NCBI GenBank assembly: GCA_002269645.1 | Contig: NIVC01000750.1 | Location: 124,001 to 188,000 of the forward strand | Reading direction: 5' to 3' | Source: Macrostomum lignano | Taxonomy: Eukaryota | Length of the DNA: 64,000 nt | Shown here: piece by piece, positions 37,185 to 49,903 of the stretch | How positions within the stretch are numbered: the first letter of the stretch is position 1 | Layout of the letters: every line of letters begins with the position of its first letter | Program-made: the position numbers and the translations under genes | The notes under the pieces: generated by a model | Databases searched by the model: none | What the model was told of the DNA's origin: nothing | What the model saw: only the letters and a program-made list of their open reading frames with translations

Positions 37185-37755
37185 ACTCCTGTCTAACAGG
37201 GGACACTCCTGTCTAACAGGGGACACTCCTGTCTAACAGGGGACACTCCTGTCTAACAGGGGACACTCCTGTCTAACAGGGGACACTCCTGTCTAACAGG
37301 GGACACTCCTGTCTAACAGGGGACACTCCTGTCTAACAGGGGACACTCCTGTCTAACAGGGGACACTCCTTTCTAACAGGGGACACTCCTGTCTAACAGG
37401 GGACACTCCTGTCTAACAGGTGACACTCCTGTCTAACAGGGGACACTCCTGTCTAACAGGTGGCACTCCTGTCTAACAGGGGACACTCCTGTCTAACAGG
37501 GGGCACTCCTGTCTAACAGGTGAAACTATCTTGTCTAACAGGTGACACTCCTGTCTAACAGGTGACACTCCTGTCTAACAGGGGACACTCCTGTCTAACA
37601 GGTGACACTCCTGTCTAACAGGTGACACTCCTGTCTAACAGGGGACACTCCTGTCTAACAGGGGACACTCCTGTCTAACAGGGGACACTCCTGTCTAACA
37701 GGGGACACTCCTGTCTAACAGGCGACACTCCTGTCTAACAGGTGGCACTCCTGTC
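37185..37755. repeat. 20-bp minisatellite (acactcctgtctaacagggg)
   Basis: About 28 copies. Confidence 0.98.
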
Positions 37756-38092
37756 TATCATGTACCTGGCCCCCATCTACCACGTGGAATTCATATCTAA
37801 CAGATGACACCCAGCTGTCTAACATGCGGCCAAGTTGTCTAACAGGTAAGAGCCATGTCTCCTCCGTAAAACAGACAAACAGCTCACAGCATGAGAAGTG
37901 TGTCTCTAACGCTTCGCTAGCATCCTTCGCATAGATATCGATTTGCGCCAATCCAGAAGACATCTCCTCGCAACACCCACTTGGCCCCTCATTGGCTGCC
38001 CGCAATGAGCATTTAAACTCGAATTTTTCTTGCTCATTCAAATCTCGCGCCAGGAAAATCAGATAGAAAACAACTCAAGCCAGTCCGTCATC

Positions 38093-38455
38093 ATGACTCA
38101 ACCAAGTGGAACGGTGCCAGTGGCCCTGCTGCTACTTCTAGCTCTGGCTATTCAACTCTCGGCTGAGAGTGTCTCAGCCGCTCCTTCTGGTCGAGGCTCG
38201 AACCAACGGCTCGTGGCCGCTCCGGCTGACTGGGCCGCCGCTGCCGCCGCCGCCGCCGCAGCCGCAGCGGACGTCGCAGCGGAAGAGGCCGCCGAGGCCA
38301 ACGACAGCTCCGACCTGACGGAGCCCGGCGACAAGCGAGGCATGTTCCGCTATGGAAAACGACAGATGTTCCGGTTCGGAAAGCGAGCCCTGCTCGGAAA
38401 GCGAGCTTACATGTTCCGCTATGGAAAACGGCAGATTGAAAGCCCCCAATACTGA
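38093..38455 (+). CDS. Neuropeptide precursor (GMFRYa, QMFRFa, AYMFRYa, ALLa)
   Basis: Hydrophobic signal-like N-terminus, acidic spacer, four G-KR amidation/cleavage sites. Confidence 0.93.
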   Translation: MTQPSGTVPVALLLLLALAIQLSAESVSAAPSGRGSNQRLVAAPADWAAAAAAAAAAAADVAAEEAAEANDSSDLTEPGDKRGMFRYGKRQMFRFGKRALLGKRAYMFRYGKRQIESPQY

Positions 38456-38870
38456 CAATTCTAGCTGTGTGAATTAAAACAATTCCAAATGCACGGGCTT
38501 AAACTAAATACAAGTTTCATTCTCTTGTCGTAAGAGAAATGCAGGTCCTGGTTGCTTGAAAAGGCTTCAGATTGTTTTTTCACTCATTTTGTCCGCAAAT
38601 TCACGCCAAGCTTTAATTTAGCTGTTGTTATTTGCTAGTTACTAGCAAGTTACGCCCTCGAAGCCTCTCTAACCGGCCCCCGGGTCCTTTGAGACTTCAC
38701 AGCTGCAATACGGCTCTCTCAAGGTTTGCGTCTCTGCTTAGCTCTTTTCTCTCTTCTCTCTTCTCTCTTCCCTCTCTCCTCTGCTCTACGAGCGAGTTCT
38801 TAGTGTCTGGGTTTCGGCGTTGTAAAGCAGAAAAATTTTCGGCGCATTTCTGAAACGTTCTAACCTCTAA

Positions 38871-39150
38871 GGCGTCGGACTCACGACTGAAAGGTCGGGG
38901 GTTCGATTCTCGACACAATCGGAACAATTGTCCTTCAGCAAGACATTTAACTCTGCATTGCTTCAGTTCACCCAGCTGTAAAATGGGCGCCATGGCATTA
39001 GCTGGGGTAATTGAGGGTTTGTGTGACAACCTCCCCTGTCCTTGGACTAAACAGCCGTACGCAGCCTTCAGATGCGCCGCGCAATAACTGCGGCTGAGCT
39101 GTCGGTTGCACATCTGCCATTAGGGCAGGTGTAATCAGTTAATTAATTAA
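38871..39150 (+). mobile_element. 5'-truncated tRNA-derived CORE-type SINE
   Basis: B-box GGTTCGATTC at 38900-38909; CORE-like tccttcagcaagacatttaac...cttcagtt...ctgtaaaatggg at ~38928-38987; AT-rich tail. Confidence 0.75.
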
Positions 39151-39196
39151 TCTGAAGCGCATTTCGAACTAACCTCTTCATGAAAAACTCCTGAAA

Positions 39197-40908
39197 AGGG
39201 CGCCAGCTACAGAGAGGCGCCAGCAACAGAGGGGCGCCAGCTGCAGAAGGGACGCCAGCAACAGAGGGGCGCCAGCTGCAGAAGGGACGCCAGCTACAGA
39301 AGGGCGCCAGCTACAGAGGGGCGCCAGCTACAGAGGGGGCGCCAGCTACAGAGTCAGCGCCAGCTACAGAGGGGGCGCCAGCTGCAGAGGGGGCGCCAGC
39401 TACAGAGTCAGCGCCAGCTACAGAGTCAGCGCCAGCTACAGAGGGGGCGCCAGCTACAGAGTCAGCGCCAGCTACAGAGGGGGCGCCAGCTACAGAGTCA
39501 GCGCCAGCTACAGAAGGGGCGCCAGCTACAGAGTCAGCGCCAGCTACAGAGGGGGCGCCAGCTACAGAAGGGCGCCAGCTACAGAGTGGGCGCCAGCTAC
39601 AGAGGGGGCGCCAGCTACAGAGTCAGCGTCAGCTACAGAGGGGCGCCAGCTACAGAGGGGGCGCCAGCTACAGAGGGGGCGCCAGCTACAGAGGGGGCGC
39701 CAGCTACAGAGTCAGCGTCAGCTACAGAGGGGCGCCAGCTACAGACGGGGCGCCAGCTACAGAGGGGGCGCCAGCTACAGAGGGGGCGCCAGCTACAGAG
39801 GGGGCGCCAGCTACAGAGTCAGCGTCAGCTACAGAGGGGCGCCAGCTACAGAGGGGGCGCCAGCTACAGAGGGGGCGCCAGCTACAGAGGGGGCGCCAGC
39901 TACAGAGGGGGCGCCAGCTACAGAGGGGACGTTAGCTACGGAGGGGGCGCCAGCTACAGAGGGGGCGCCAGCTACAGAGTCAGCGCCAGCTACAGAGGGG
40001 GCGCCAGCTACAGAGTCAGCGCCAGCTACAGAGGGGGCGCCAGCTACAGAGTCAGCGCCAGCTACAGAGGGGGCGCCAGCTACAGAGTCAGCGCCAGCTA
40101 CAGAGGGGCGCCAGCTACAGAGGGGCGCCAGCTACAGAGGGGACGCCAGCTACAGAGGGGCGCCAGCTACAGAGGGGGCGCCAGCTACAGAGGGGGCGCC
40201 AGCTACAGAGGGGACGCCAGCTACGGAGGGGGCGCCAGCTACAGAGGGGGTGCCAGCTACAGAGGGGGCGCCAGCTGCAGAGGGGGCGCCAGCTACAGAG
40301 TCAGCGCCAGCTACAGAGGGGGCGCCAGCTACAGAGGGGGCGCCAGCTGCAGAGTCAGCGCCAGCTACAGAGGGGCGCCAGCTACAGAGGGGGCGCCAGC
40401 TACAGAGGGGGCGCCAGCTACAGAGGGGACGCCAGCTACGGAGGGGGCGCCAGCTACAGAGGGGGTGCCAGCTACAGAGGGGGCGCCAGCTGCAGAGGGG
40501 GCGCCAGCTACAGAGTCAGCGCCAGCTACAGAGGGGGCGCCAGCTACAGAGGGGGCGCCAGCTGCAGAGGGGGCGCCAGCTACAGAGTCAGCGCCAGCTA
40601 CAGAGGGGGCGCCAGCTACAGAAGGGCGCCAGCTACAGAGTGGGCGCCAGCTACAGAGGGGGCGCCAGCTACGGAGGGGGCGCCAGCTACAGAGTGGGCG
40701 CCAGCTACAGAGGGGGCGCCAGCTACGGAGGGGACGCCAGCTACAGAGGGGGCGCCAGCTACGGAGGGGACGCCAGCTACAGAGGGGGCGCCAGCTACAG
40801 AGTGGGCGCCAGCTACAGAGGGGGCGCCAGCTACAGAGGGGGCGCCAGCTACAGAAGGGCGCCAGCTACAGAGGGGGCGCCAGCTACGGAGGGGGCGCCA
40901 GCTGCAGA
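39197..40908. repeat. 18-bp GC-rich minisatellite (ggcgccagctacagaggg)
   Basis: Roughly 95 copies with 1-nt indels. Confidence 0.98.
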
Positions 40909-41604
40909 CGATTCAGCAGCAGTTAAAAAACTGTTGCTAATAAAACTTGTTTGCTTTCATTCCTATCAATTTAGTCAGTTGATGCTCGAAAAAACCTCGA
41001 AAACATTTTAGAATTTTGAAGCATATTTTGAAATGAGAAGAGCAGACGGGGCAACTCAATTTGAGACAGTAGAAATCTTTAACGTATTAGTAATTTAAAA
41101 GCTGACAAACTGTCGGAACTCAATTTGGACAATTTGTTGGAGAAAAACAATATTTTTTCTAAGCAACTTGTCATTTTTCAGTCGCTGTATACAAAGTCTG
41201 AGCGTTATTATAATTTTTTATTTAGTTTTGTTTGTTTACAGTCAACTTTATTATCGAGTGCATTGTTGTTATACTTCTATTCGTGTCCTTATCCGAGGGC
41301 TTCTGGATCAAAGACGCAGACCGGCAGAAGTCATTTGCTCACAAAACCAATAAAGTGGGCCGGTTTATTGACTATAAAACTTATCATCATACTAACTCGT
41401 AATTTATTGCCGATTTTGAACTGATGTGGATAACAGAGTATCGCTGATAACAGACTTAAGTCCTCATGAAGACAACTTAGTCCGCTGAGTCGCTAGCCTA
41501 TCCTTCGGAATAAGTTAGGAAGATTTTATTTCTGCACTACTCTTAGTAAGAGAACTGATTTTTTTAATAATTCTGTCAGATGTCGGCGAAATTTCCTGAT
41601 GCTA

Positions 41605-41893
<289 letters not shown>

Positions 41894-42399
41894 AACTGCG
41901 CGCTGTGTTCCACCAAATAGCCGTAGCCCTCGCGGGCACACAGCGGGCAAGCTACAGCAAGTGCTTCTCCTGCCCTGGGCGCAGGCAATTCAGACGAGCA
42001 ACAGGGCAATCACGGCATGGGAGCGAGGCAGTCCCGTGCACAAGCGACGAGGTTGTGTTTGTGTTTCACTGTCCAACAATTAGTCTTTGACCGCGAAGCC
42101 CCGGACCCAGGGACTCCTACATCGCTGGTTTGGAAAGCATGCATGGACGGCCGCTGCCTCATCCAAAAACATCGTGCCAGCACGGGATCAAGACTGAACT
42201 CACGGTTTACACCAAGCTGGACACTCTCTACAGACGCTAGAATCGTTTCAAAAAACAGTTAGTAGCTTATTCTTTTTCATACATTTGCTAAGAAAATCGA
42301 AAATTGCCACCATATTTGTTAACGAGGTACCTTTTTGTACAAGTGGCCAATACTGTGGTCAAATGGGTCACTTGAGCAACCTCTGTATCCAAGTAGGTC

Positions 42400-42730
42400 A
42401 ATGCCAATGGGTCAGCTGACCACCTCTGGATTCAGGCGAAGTCAAGGGGGTCAGCTGACCACTTATGGATCCAGTTAGGGCTAAGGGGGTCAGCTGACCA
42501 CTTATGGATCCAGTTAGGGCTAAGGGGGTCAGCTGGTCACCTCTGGATCCAGCTAGGGTCAAGGGGGGTCAGCTGACCACCTCTGGATCCAGTTAGGGCT
42601 AAGGGGGTCAGCTGACTACTTGATCCAGCTAGGGTCAAGGTGGGTCAGCTGACCACCTCTGGATCCAGTTTGGGACAAGGGAGTCAGCTGACCACCTCTG
42701 GATCCAGTTAGGGCCAAGGAGGTCAGCTTG
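42400..42730. repeat. ~38-bp degenerate repeat (ggggtcagctgaccacctctggatccagttaggg)
   Basis: Tandem. Confidence 0.85.
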
Positions 42731-43534
42731 ACCTTTTCTTTGCGTCCGGATATTTAGTCACAATCGTGTAATCAATGAGCTAGAGCATATTTCCAGAAAC
42801 AGTGTAAATCAGATATCCAGTCCAGATAATCATTGTCAGAGGTCCCCGCCCCACTTTAACAAAACCATCGGAGTCCCTCCCGCCGTCTGTCCAGACGCGC
42901 AATTTTCAGCAGTCACTTTCAATTTGGCTCGGGTGGATCCTCTGCCGCTCTCTGTTATGAATGGGCCGCCGGCGCAACATACACATCGGCGGGCCGTGAT
43001 TGTCCCAACCCCCGCACGTGGTCCGCATACACAGCCTCTTTTTGAAATGGATTCCCCGTGTTGTCTACCCCTTAGACCCCACTCTCCGACTCTCTCTCTC
43101 TCTCTCTTTCTGTCTTTCAAAAGCAAATAGGTCTAATTAAATAGCCATTAAGGCTAGGCGCCACACAGCCTTCTCCCATATGACTGTTTGGGCACCTTTT
43201 CTCAGCCAGTCACAGAATCCTCTCTCTAATGCAACCATGTTACCATATATATACCAAAATCTGGTATGAGCCTTTTTATAATGACATTTTGAAAACTATT
43301 TATATGCATATTATAATATATTCTCTTAATTGATTTTTCCAAGCATCGTTTCAGCCTTGCAAACATTTTTTGGATCACGAATAACTAACCAAATTCTATA
43401 TACTCGTACAAGGAGCTTTAGTAATCCATGAATAGCAGTTCCGCCTTGCCAAATTACCAAATTACTTTGTCGTATATACACTGTAGGAGCTTTATTGCTC
43501 AACTATGGCATTCAGCGTCAACATCTAAACAATC

Positions 43535-44000
43535 CCCCCGTAAGCCTCGACATCTCAGCAATTCTCCCCGGTAAGCCTCGACATCTCAGCAATTCTCCCC
43601 GGTAAGCCTTGACATCTCAGCAATTCCCCCCAGTAAGCCTTGACATCTCAGCGATTCTCCCCGGTAAGCCTTGACATCTCAGCAATTCTCCCCAGTAAGC
43701 CTTGACATCTCAGCAATTCTCTCCGGTAAGCCTTGACATCTCAGCGATTCTCCCCGGTAAGCCTTGACATCTCAGCAATTCCCCCGGTAAGCCTCGACAT
43801 CTCAGCAATTCTCCCCGGTAAGCCTTGACATCTCAGCAATTCCCTCCAGTAAGCCTTGACATCTCAGCAATTCCCCCCAGTAAGCCTTGACATCTCAGCG
43901 ATTCTCCCCGGTAAGCCTTGACATCTCAGCAATTCCCCCGGTAAGCCTTGACATCTCAACATTTCCCTCCGGTAAGCCTCGTCATCTCAGCAATTCCCTC
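43535..44000. repeat. ~30-bp minisatellite (ccggtaagccttgacatctcagcaattctc)
   Basis: Tandem; same family as 52875-53280. Confidence 0.93.
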
Positions 44001-44609
44001 ATGACATAAGGCATTGCCGCCTTGCCAAACTCTATAAATAGGAGCTTTAGTACTCCATGAACAGCATACCAGTTAGTCTGCCTGAATATTAAACCTTTTC
44101 ACAAAGCTTTCAACGTTCGAAGCTGGGCCGGTATAGGATGCGAAGAGGGTATTAACGGCAAGACCTACCGCGATGGGTGCAGTTGGCTTACCATATTGTC
44201 TGTTCAGCTCCCCTCCCCTGACAAAGTGGGGGATGGGGAAATATTGAAACCTAGGGGTAAGGGACGCTATTGAACCAGTTGCGTGGCTAAAATGTAACGT
44301 GCTGTTTTAAAAATTGTTTATACAATATAACCTAAATCATTGGTCTTGAAAAAATGATTTAATTTGTTTGTTTTAACGGTAGCCTCCTGTATTGCAGCTA
44401 ATGCTAAGAAATATTCCCAAGTGGCTCAGGGTACCTTCACTTACATGTAAGTGGTCTTCCTTCACTTCCAATCACTTAGCATTGGCTTGTGCCAATGAAT
44501 GTGTTTCAATTATTGTTTGATGCAAAATGATCAGCCATGAGCAATGATGTCCATAATCTCTACATGTGTAAGTATGTTCCTATGTACATGCTTTGTCATA
44601 GATGTGCAT

Positions 44610-45260
44610 GTGTCTGGGTATGTCTCTAGGTTTATCTCTGTGTATGTTTCTAATACATGTGTGTCTCTGGGTCTGTCTCTAATATGTCTCTGGGTATGTC
44701 TCTGGGTATGTCTCTGGGTATGTCTCTGGGTACGTATTTGTCTCTGGGTGGGTCTCTAGATATGACTCGGGGTATTTGTCTCTGGGTGTGTCTCTAGATA
44801 TGACTCGGGGTATTTGTCTCTGGGTGTGTCTCTAGATATGTCTCTGGGTATTTGTCTCTGGGTGTGTCTCTAGATTTGTCTCTGGGTATTTGTCTCTGGG
44901 TGTGTCTCTAGATATGTCTCTGGGTATTTGTCTCTGGGTGTGTCTCTAGATATGTCTCTGGGTATTTGTCTCTGGGTGTGTCTCTAGATATGTCTCTGGG
45001 TATTTGTCTCTGGGTGTGTCTCTAGATATGTCTCTGGGTATTTGTCTCTGGGTGTGTCTCTAGATATGTCTCTGGGTATTTGTCTCTGGGTGTGTCTCTA
45101 GATATGACTCGGGGTATTTCTTTGGGTATTTGTCTCTGGATGTGTCTCTCAATGTCTCTGGATATGTCTCTGGGTATGTCCCTGGTATGTCTCTAATATG
45201 TCTCTGGGTATGTCCCTGGTATGTCTCTAATATGTCTCTGGGTGTGTCTCTGGGTATGTC
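44610..45260. repeat. tgtctctgggt(a/g)-based compound repeat
   Basis: Tandem. Confidence 0.9.
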
Positions 45261-45639
45261 TTTGCTTTTCGCACCAGTTTTCGTTCATTCAACGAGAGAG
45301 GTGGCAGCGCAACTCTCCTAGAAAAAGTGGCAGTCTCTACCGGCCGAGAGCTCCAGGAAAAATGAAATTAAACAAAATTGGCCAAATTTATCAACCCGAT
45401 AAGCCAGCCGGGGCTGTGAAACGCTTGAACACTCGCTGATTAGTTGGCTGCCAGTCAGGCCGATGCCATGGACTGCTACAGTTAGAATATTGGCTAGGAT
45501 TCTTTTCTCAAACAGCATTCTCAAATTGACTTGAAAAGGAAATTTACCAATATGTAGAGTACCTAATTGGGTGATACTGCTGGGGTGAACTTTCTGGGAA
45601 AATCCTGTCGGGCCTTCATCATCAGAATGTATTTCAGCA

Positions 45640-46120
45640 GACAGAGAGGGAGGGAGGGTGAGAGGTAGACAGAGAGGTGGAGGGAAGCGCAGAGGTAGAG
45701 AGAGGTAAAGAGAGGTAGAGGGAAAGGTGATGAGGCAAAGAGAGGTAAAGAGAGGTAGGTAGAGGGAAGGGAGGAGAGGTAGAGAGAGGCAAAGAGAGGT
45801 AGAGGGAAGGGAGGAGAGGTAGAGAGAGGCAAAGAGAGGTAGAGGGAAGGGATTAGAGGTAGAGAGAGGTAAAGAGAGGTAGAGGGAAGGGAGGAGAGGT
45901 AGAGAGAGGCAAAGAGAGGTAGAGGGAAGGGAGGAGAGGTAGAGAGAGGCAAAGAGAGGTAGAGGGAAGGGAGGAGAGGTAGAGAGAGGTAGAGGGAAGG
46001 GAGGAGAGGTAGAGAGAGATATATAGAGAGGCAAAGAGAGGTAGAGGGAAGGGAGGAGAGATAGAGAGAGGTAGAGGGAAGGGAGGAGAGGTAGAGAGAG
46101 GTATATAGAGAGAGGTAGCA
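45640..46120. repeat. Polypurine repeat (agagaggtagagggaagggagg)
   Basis: Tandem. Confidence 0.9.
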
Positions 46121-46629
46121 GGGAAACTTAAGGCTTGGAGAGCCGCGCCAGTTCCAATTCTGTCGAACGCAGTGACAGTTAGCCCGCACCTCTGTTAAAT
46201 TTGTTTAGCATTGGCAATAAGTGTTCGCCCATCGGGCCATGCTGCTGAAACCCCCAAAACGGTGCTGCACGGCTCCATGTCTCCCCAGAGACTGCGGCCT
46301 CGTGGTTATCGAATAAAACATAGCTCTAAAGAGTTAGTATAGTAATTAACTTTTGAGAACACGGGCCACTGGGGCTGCTATAGCGAGGAGTTTTCTTATC
46401 TCACACTGTTATAGCAGTTCGAGTCCCCGGTTCCCCTGGGGCTGGGGGGGGGGGTTACTCGGAGTGGACGAGGTGCGATCCGGCAAGTGATTTTCATCAA
46501 CAGGAGGAGGGACCCACTGAGGCAAATAATAATTGGTTTCGCAGCAGAAGTCAGGTGCTCCCCAGTGGCCGATCGGTGGGGTCTCGTTGATCGACATCGA
46601 CTTTTACTGTCGCCGGTATAGACGACTGA

Positions 46630-47675
46630 TACTAAGTGGACATTTTAAGCGGAAAATGGAAATTCGGGTGCCAAAGTGGACATTTCGGTGCCAAAGTGGA
46701 CATCTCGGTAGCCAAAGTGGACATTTTAAGCGGAAAATGGAAATTCGGGTGCCAAAGTGGACATTTCGGTGCCAAAGTGGACATCTCGGTAGCCAAAGTG
46801 GACATTTTAAGCGGAAAATGGAAATTCGGGTGCCAAAGTGGACATTTCGGTGCCAAAGTGGACATCTCGGTAGCCAAAGTGGACATTTCGGTAGCCAAAG
46901 TGAACATTTCGGTGCCAAAGTGGACATCTCCGTAGCCAAAGTGGACATCTGGTACCAAAGTGGACATTTCGGTGCCAAAGTGGACATCTCCGTAGCCAAA
47001 GTGGACATCTGGTACCAAAGTGGACATTTCGGTGCCAAAGTGGACATTTGGTAGCCAAAGTGGACATTTCGGTGCCAAAGTGGACATTTAGTAGCCAAAG
47101 TGGACATCTGGTACCAAAGTGGACATTTCGGTAGCCAAAGTGGACATTTCGGTAGCCGAAGTGGACATTTCGGTAGCCAAAGTGGACATTTCGGTGCCAA
47201 AGTGGACATTTCGGTAGCCAAAGTGGACATCTGGTACCAAAGTGGACATTTCGGTAGCCAAAGTGGACATCTGGTACCAAAGTGGACATTTCGGTAGCCA
47301 AAGTGGACATTTCGATGCCAAAGTGAACATTTCGGTAGCCAAAGTGGACATTTCGGTAGCCAAAGTGGACATTTCGGTGCCAAAGGGGACATTTCGGTAG
47401 CCAAAGTGGACATCTGGTACCAAAGTGGACATTTCGGTAGCCAAAGTGGACATCTCGGTACCAAAGTGGACATTTCGGTAGCCAAAGTGGACATTTCGAT
47501 GCCAAAGTGAACATTTCGGTAGCCAAAGTGGACATTTCGGTAGCCAAAGTGGACATTTCGGTGCCAAAGGGGACATTTCGGTAGCCAAAGTGGACATCTG
47601 GTACCAAAGTGGACATTTCGGTAGCCAAAGTGGACATCTCGGTGCCAAAGTGGACATTTCGGTTGCTAAAGTGGA
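46630..47675. repeat. 20/21-bp minisatellite (ccaaagtggacatttcggt[a]g)
   Basis: Tandem, with a 3x higher-order block at the start. Confidence 0.96.
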
Positions 47676-48709
47676 GTTTGAGCGAAAAAGCGGATATTTC
47701 TTCTAGTAGCCAAAAGTAGACATTTTACGCCCTGCAGGTTTTGATGTCCACCATACGGGGAATCAGCAGAAAAAGGCAAATGAATTTTAATGCCCGTATA
47801 TGTATATAACGTACAGTTCAAATAAGCACTCTACACAATAAGTAGTTTCAAGTCAAATTAAAACATTTTATTTTTATATATTCGTGTTACCAAATGTAAA
47901 TTTATACACAAAACATTTATTATAACGGCAAACAACAAATCGAAAACGGAAAGCAGACGTACAGATGCAACAAATTTATAAATAGTTTGGAAGGAACGGC
48001 ATATTTATCGTCACGATAATTAAATATAATGGAACAAACTGGAGAAGGGGACAGCATGTCGATCGGTTTAATTTCTAGTTGAGTTAATGCAAAAAAATAA
48101 ATAATAAAAACGCGAAATGTTAAAGAAATCTTCAAAAGTCATGGGAAATATGTTTTAATTGGTTTAAAAAGCTGGAACCAACTGTTACTTTAAATTTTGG
48201 TTAAACTGAACTTCTTTTGTGTGTCATTTTATTCTTCTTTTGTTTTGTTAAACTGAACACTTAAAATAAGTTATTATCTTCTATTTGCTTATATTGGTGA
48301 TTGATGAAGATTTTACTTATACTTAGCTACGATATAAATATATTAAATCTATTTGTTAGTTTTTATTTATCTTTCTGATTTAATCAATCAAATTAGAAAT
48401 AATTTTAAATTTCAAACATTTTACAGATTAAAACTTCTAACCGAGCAAAGCGGCTCATAAACTTTTGTCTTAAACTGTATAACACTACTATAAACTATAG
48501 TTTTTTGCCATGCTTGTGTTATAAATCTGCAAAATTGTACAAATTTGAATAAAATTATTTAAAAATTAATTCTATCGCGTCACGTTTCTGAAGATGTTTA
48601 TACGTGGGAGCAAGGATGAAGATGGTTGGATATAATATTTTTTAATTAAAATTTTCACGTTAGTTAGGGATTAAAAATTCAATAAGCAGTCATTTATTCG
48701 AAAATTGTC

Positions 48710-48876
48710 TCAACAGGTTTGCGGCGGTTCAAGTCTTCGGCGTCGTCCGCCGCTACTGGAAGAAGAAGAATTAGCGGCGGAAGTCGCAGGAGCAGTTGAG
48801 GTCGCTGCTGTTGCTGATGACGGAGGCGGCTCTTTGAAGGACAGGAGGCCGGACACTGCTGCCAAAGCCGCGAACT
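48710..48876 (-). CDS. msx: Msx exon 3 (FAALAAVSGLLSFKEPP...PQTC*)
   Basis: cttAG acceptor, phase fits, low-complexity S/A/T tail with stop. Confidence 0.7.
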
Positions 48877-48999
48877 CTAAGCAGGGCAGTTGAGTAGAAA
48901 AAATTGGGAACTTTGACTTCTAGTCGAGTTCATTATTTTCTCTGAAGGCTAAAGCCTATAGACAGCGCTCCCACCCAGACACAGCGGCCCCTCCCCCGG

Positions 49000-49200
49000 G
49001 GTTAGCGCCCCTCCATCAAGGGACAGTGCTATCCCCACCCAGGGACAGCGCCCCACACCCAGGGACAGCACCCCCACCCAGGGACAGTGCCCCCCACCCA
49101 GGGACAGCACCCCCACCCAGGAACAGTGTCCCCCACTCAGGGACAGCGCCCCCCCCCACCCAGAGACAGTGCCCCCCACCCAGGGACAGCGCCCCTCCCT
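49000..49200. repeat. ~20-bp C-rich repeat (cccagggacagcgccccac)
   Basis: Tandem, in Msx intron 2. Confidence 0.88.
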
Positions 49201-49290
49201 GCCCCTATACTGTCTCATTTATTCTCAACCTACCTGTCTATCTCTCAACCTTCATTCTATTTTTAGAAAGCAACGCATGATGTCACTCAC

Positions 49291-49440
49291 CGAAATCCTG
49301 CTGACTCAGAAAGTGTTTCGATAAGCGCAGCTTCTCAAACTCGGCCTCTTGCAGTCGTTTCTCCTTGGCTCGCCGATTTTGAAACCAAATTTTTACCTGA
49401 GTCTCAGTTAGACTAAGCCTTGATGAGAATTCCGCGCGCT
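49291..49440 (-). CDS. msx: Msx exon 2 ([38 protein letters not shown])
   Basis: Msx homeodomain C-half plus the EAE.EKL extension; phase-1 junction restores SIA-ERAEF. Confidence 0.96.
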
Positions 49441-49646
49441 CTGAGTAGGGGGGGGGCAGTGTTTTGTTGGGGAACATATAGACTCAGCAATAGACTCAGC
49501 AGTAGACTCAGCAATAGACCCAGCAATAGACTCAGCAATAGACTCAGCAATAGACTCAGCAATAGATTCCACAATAGACTCAGCAATAGACTCAACCATA
49601 AGGTTTCTATGAGAGACTCATTTTGAGAACCGACTCAATAGTCGAT

Positions 49647-49903
49647 AGGTAGGTAGGTAGGTAGGTAGGTAGGTAGGTAGGTAGGTAGGTAGGTAGGTAG
49701 GTAGGTAGGTAGGTAGGTAGGTAGGTAGGTAGGTAGGTAAGTAGGTAGGTAGGTAGGTAGGTAGGTAGGTAGGTAGGTAGGTAGGTAGGTAGGTAGGTAG
49801 GTAGGTAGGTAGGTAGGTAGGTAGGTAGGTAGGTAGGTAGGTAGGTAGGTAGGTAGGTAGGTAGGTAGGTAGGTAGGTAGGTAGGTAGGTAGGTAGGTAG
49901 GTA
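49647..49903. repeat. (GGTA)n microsatellite
   Basis: Near-perfect. Confidence 0.98.

Noticed and set aside
35215-37755. CRISPR-like appearance of regular 20-47 bp repeats here and elsewhere
   Set aside because: Units are directly adjacent with no unique spacers, there are no cas genes, and the context is eukaryotic.
38871-38920. Functional tRNA-Val(CAC) gene
   Set aside because: The 5' half is missing, the anticodon stem pairs poorly, and it continues into a CORE-like segment, so it is called a SINE.
39586-41011. 446-aa and 253-aa ORFs (GGASYR, GAPATE, GRQLQR)
   Set aside because: 18-bp array; the reading switches among three patterns at 1-nt indels, so the frame is not conserved.
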